A stretch of 32,000 nucleotides of DNA, from the NCBI GenBank assembly GCA_038736825.1, contig JAVYME010000004.1:1-32000 (forward strand). The letters are read 5' to 3'. The notes beneath the pieces are model-generated. The model saw only the letters and a program-made list of their open reading frames with translations, made no database searches and was not told the origin of the DNA. Made by a program: the position numbers and the translations under genes. Positions 31,826 through 32,000 of the stretch are shown here, piece by piece (the first letter of the stretch is position 1; each line of letters starts with the position of its first letter). The stretch is from Candidatus Iainarchaeum sp. Lineage in GTDB: Archaea; Iainarchaeota; Iainarchaeia; Iainarchaeales; DTGL01.

Positions 31826-32000
31826 GTGAAGTTTTTGGCAAAGGAAAAGGTTGTGGAAAGCCGCCTGGAAAAAGAAATGGGCGACGAGTTTGATGAAATA
31901 TTTGGCCTTGAAGAGGACAAAAAAAAGGCTCGCGAGCGCATAAAAAAGCTTGTGGAAGAGGAAAAGGAAAAGGCAGCCAAAAAGGAATCCCTGCCAGAGG
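31826..32000 (+). CDS. 5' part of a Lys/Glu-rich hypothetical protein running off the window
   Basis: Open frame from GTG 31826 (in-frame ATG at 31877) to the window end: ...MGDEFDEIFGLEEDKKKARERIKKLVEEEKEKAAKKESLPE. TATA-like TTTTATATA at about 31779-31787. Confidence 0.4.
   Translation, partial: MKFLAKEKVVESRLEKEMGDEFDEIFGLEEDKKKARERIKKLVEEEKEKAAKKESLPE

Noticed and set aside
31654-31980. 108-aa minus-strand ORF (Ser/Phe-rich, MAAFSFSSSTSFF...)
   Set aside because: It has low-complexity composition and lies antisense to a more plausible K/E-rich plus-strand gene that has a TATA box and a GTG/ATG start. It is a typical shadow ORF of a purine-rich coding strand.
1-32000. Search for CRISPR arrays, transposases/integrases, rRNA genes and long direct or inverted repeats
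   Set aside because: No regularly spaced repeats, IS-like termini, recombinase motifs or rRNA-like segments were seen. The repeats found are short promoter or terminator elements, listed above.

Overview
AT-rich (by eye about 40% G+C), tightly packed archaeal chromosomal segment. Archaeal hallmarks: an intron-containing tRNA with a bulge-helix-bulge motif, tRNA-splicing endonuclease EndA, archaeal-type TrpRS, TATA-like promoters, a C/D box sRNA and histone-fold proteins. Many proteins carry Lys/Glu-rich tails and genes are short and often overlapping, which suggests a reduced, possibly DPANN-like lineage; that is inference only. The dominant feature is a complete, translationally coupled 14-gene mbhA-N operon (about 12.6-20.6 kb). 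It encodes an Mrp-antiporter-linked membrane-bound [NiFe] hydrogenase and is flanked by hypC on one side and a convergent hypA-hycI pair on the other. The rest is mostly housekeeping: an N-terminally truncated ValRS, pyrK-pyrD, a ZIP transporter, a HAD hydrolase, two tandem GT39-type membrane glycosyltransferases, a purine PRTase, TrpRS, a Glu/Leu-type dehydrogenase and inorganic pyrophosphatase. Several hypothetical proteins are also present. Features absent from the ORF track: tRNA-Ala(CGC) with a 57-nt intron in a textbook hBHBh' fold, and a C/D box sRNA whose D guide is complementary to the universal SSU rRNA decoding-centre sequence. Also missed are two sub-60-aa genes (one DUF1931/histone-fold-like) and a 30-nt near-perfect palindrome over the promoter and start of a ribbon-helix-helix regulator. 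No CRISPR array, rRNA, transposase or integrase was seen. All functional calls rest on motif recognition by eye and on synteny; no database search was possible.
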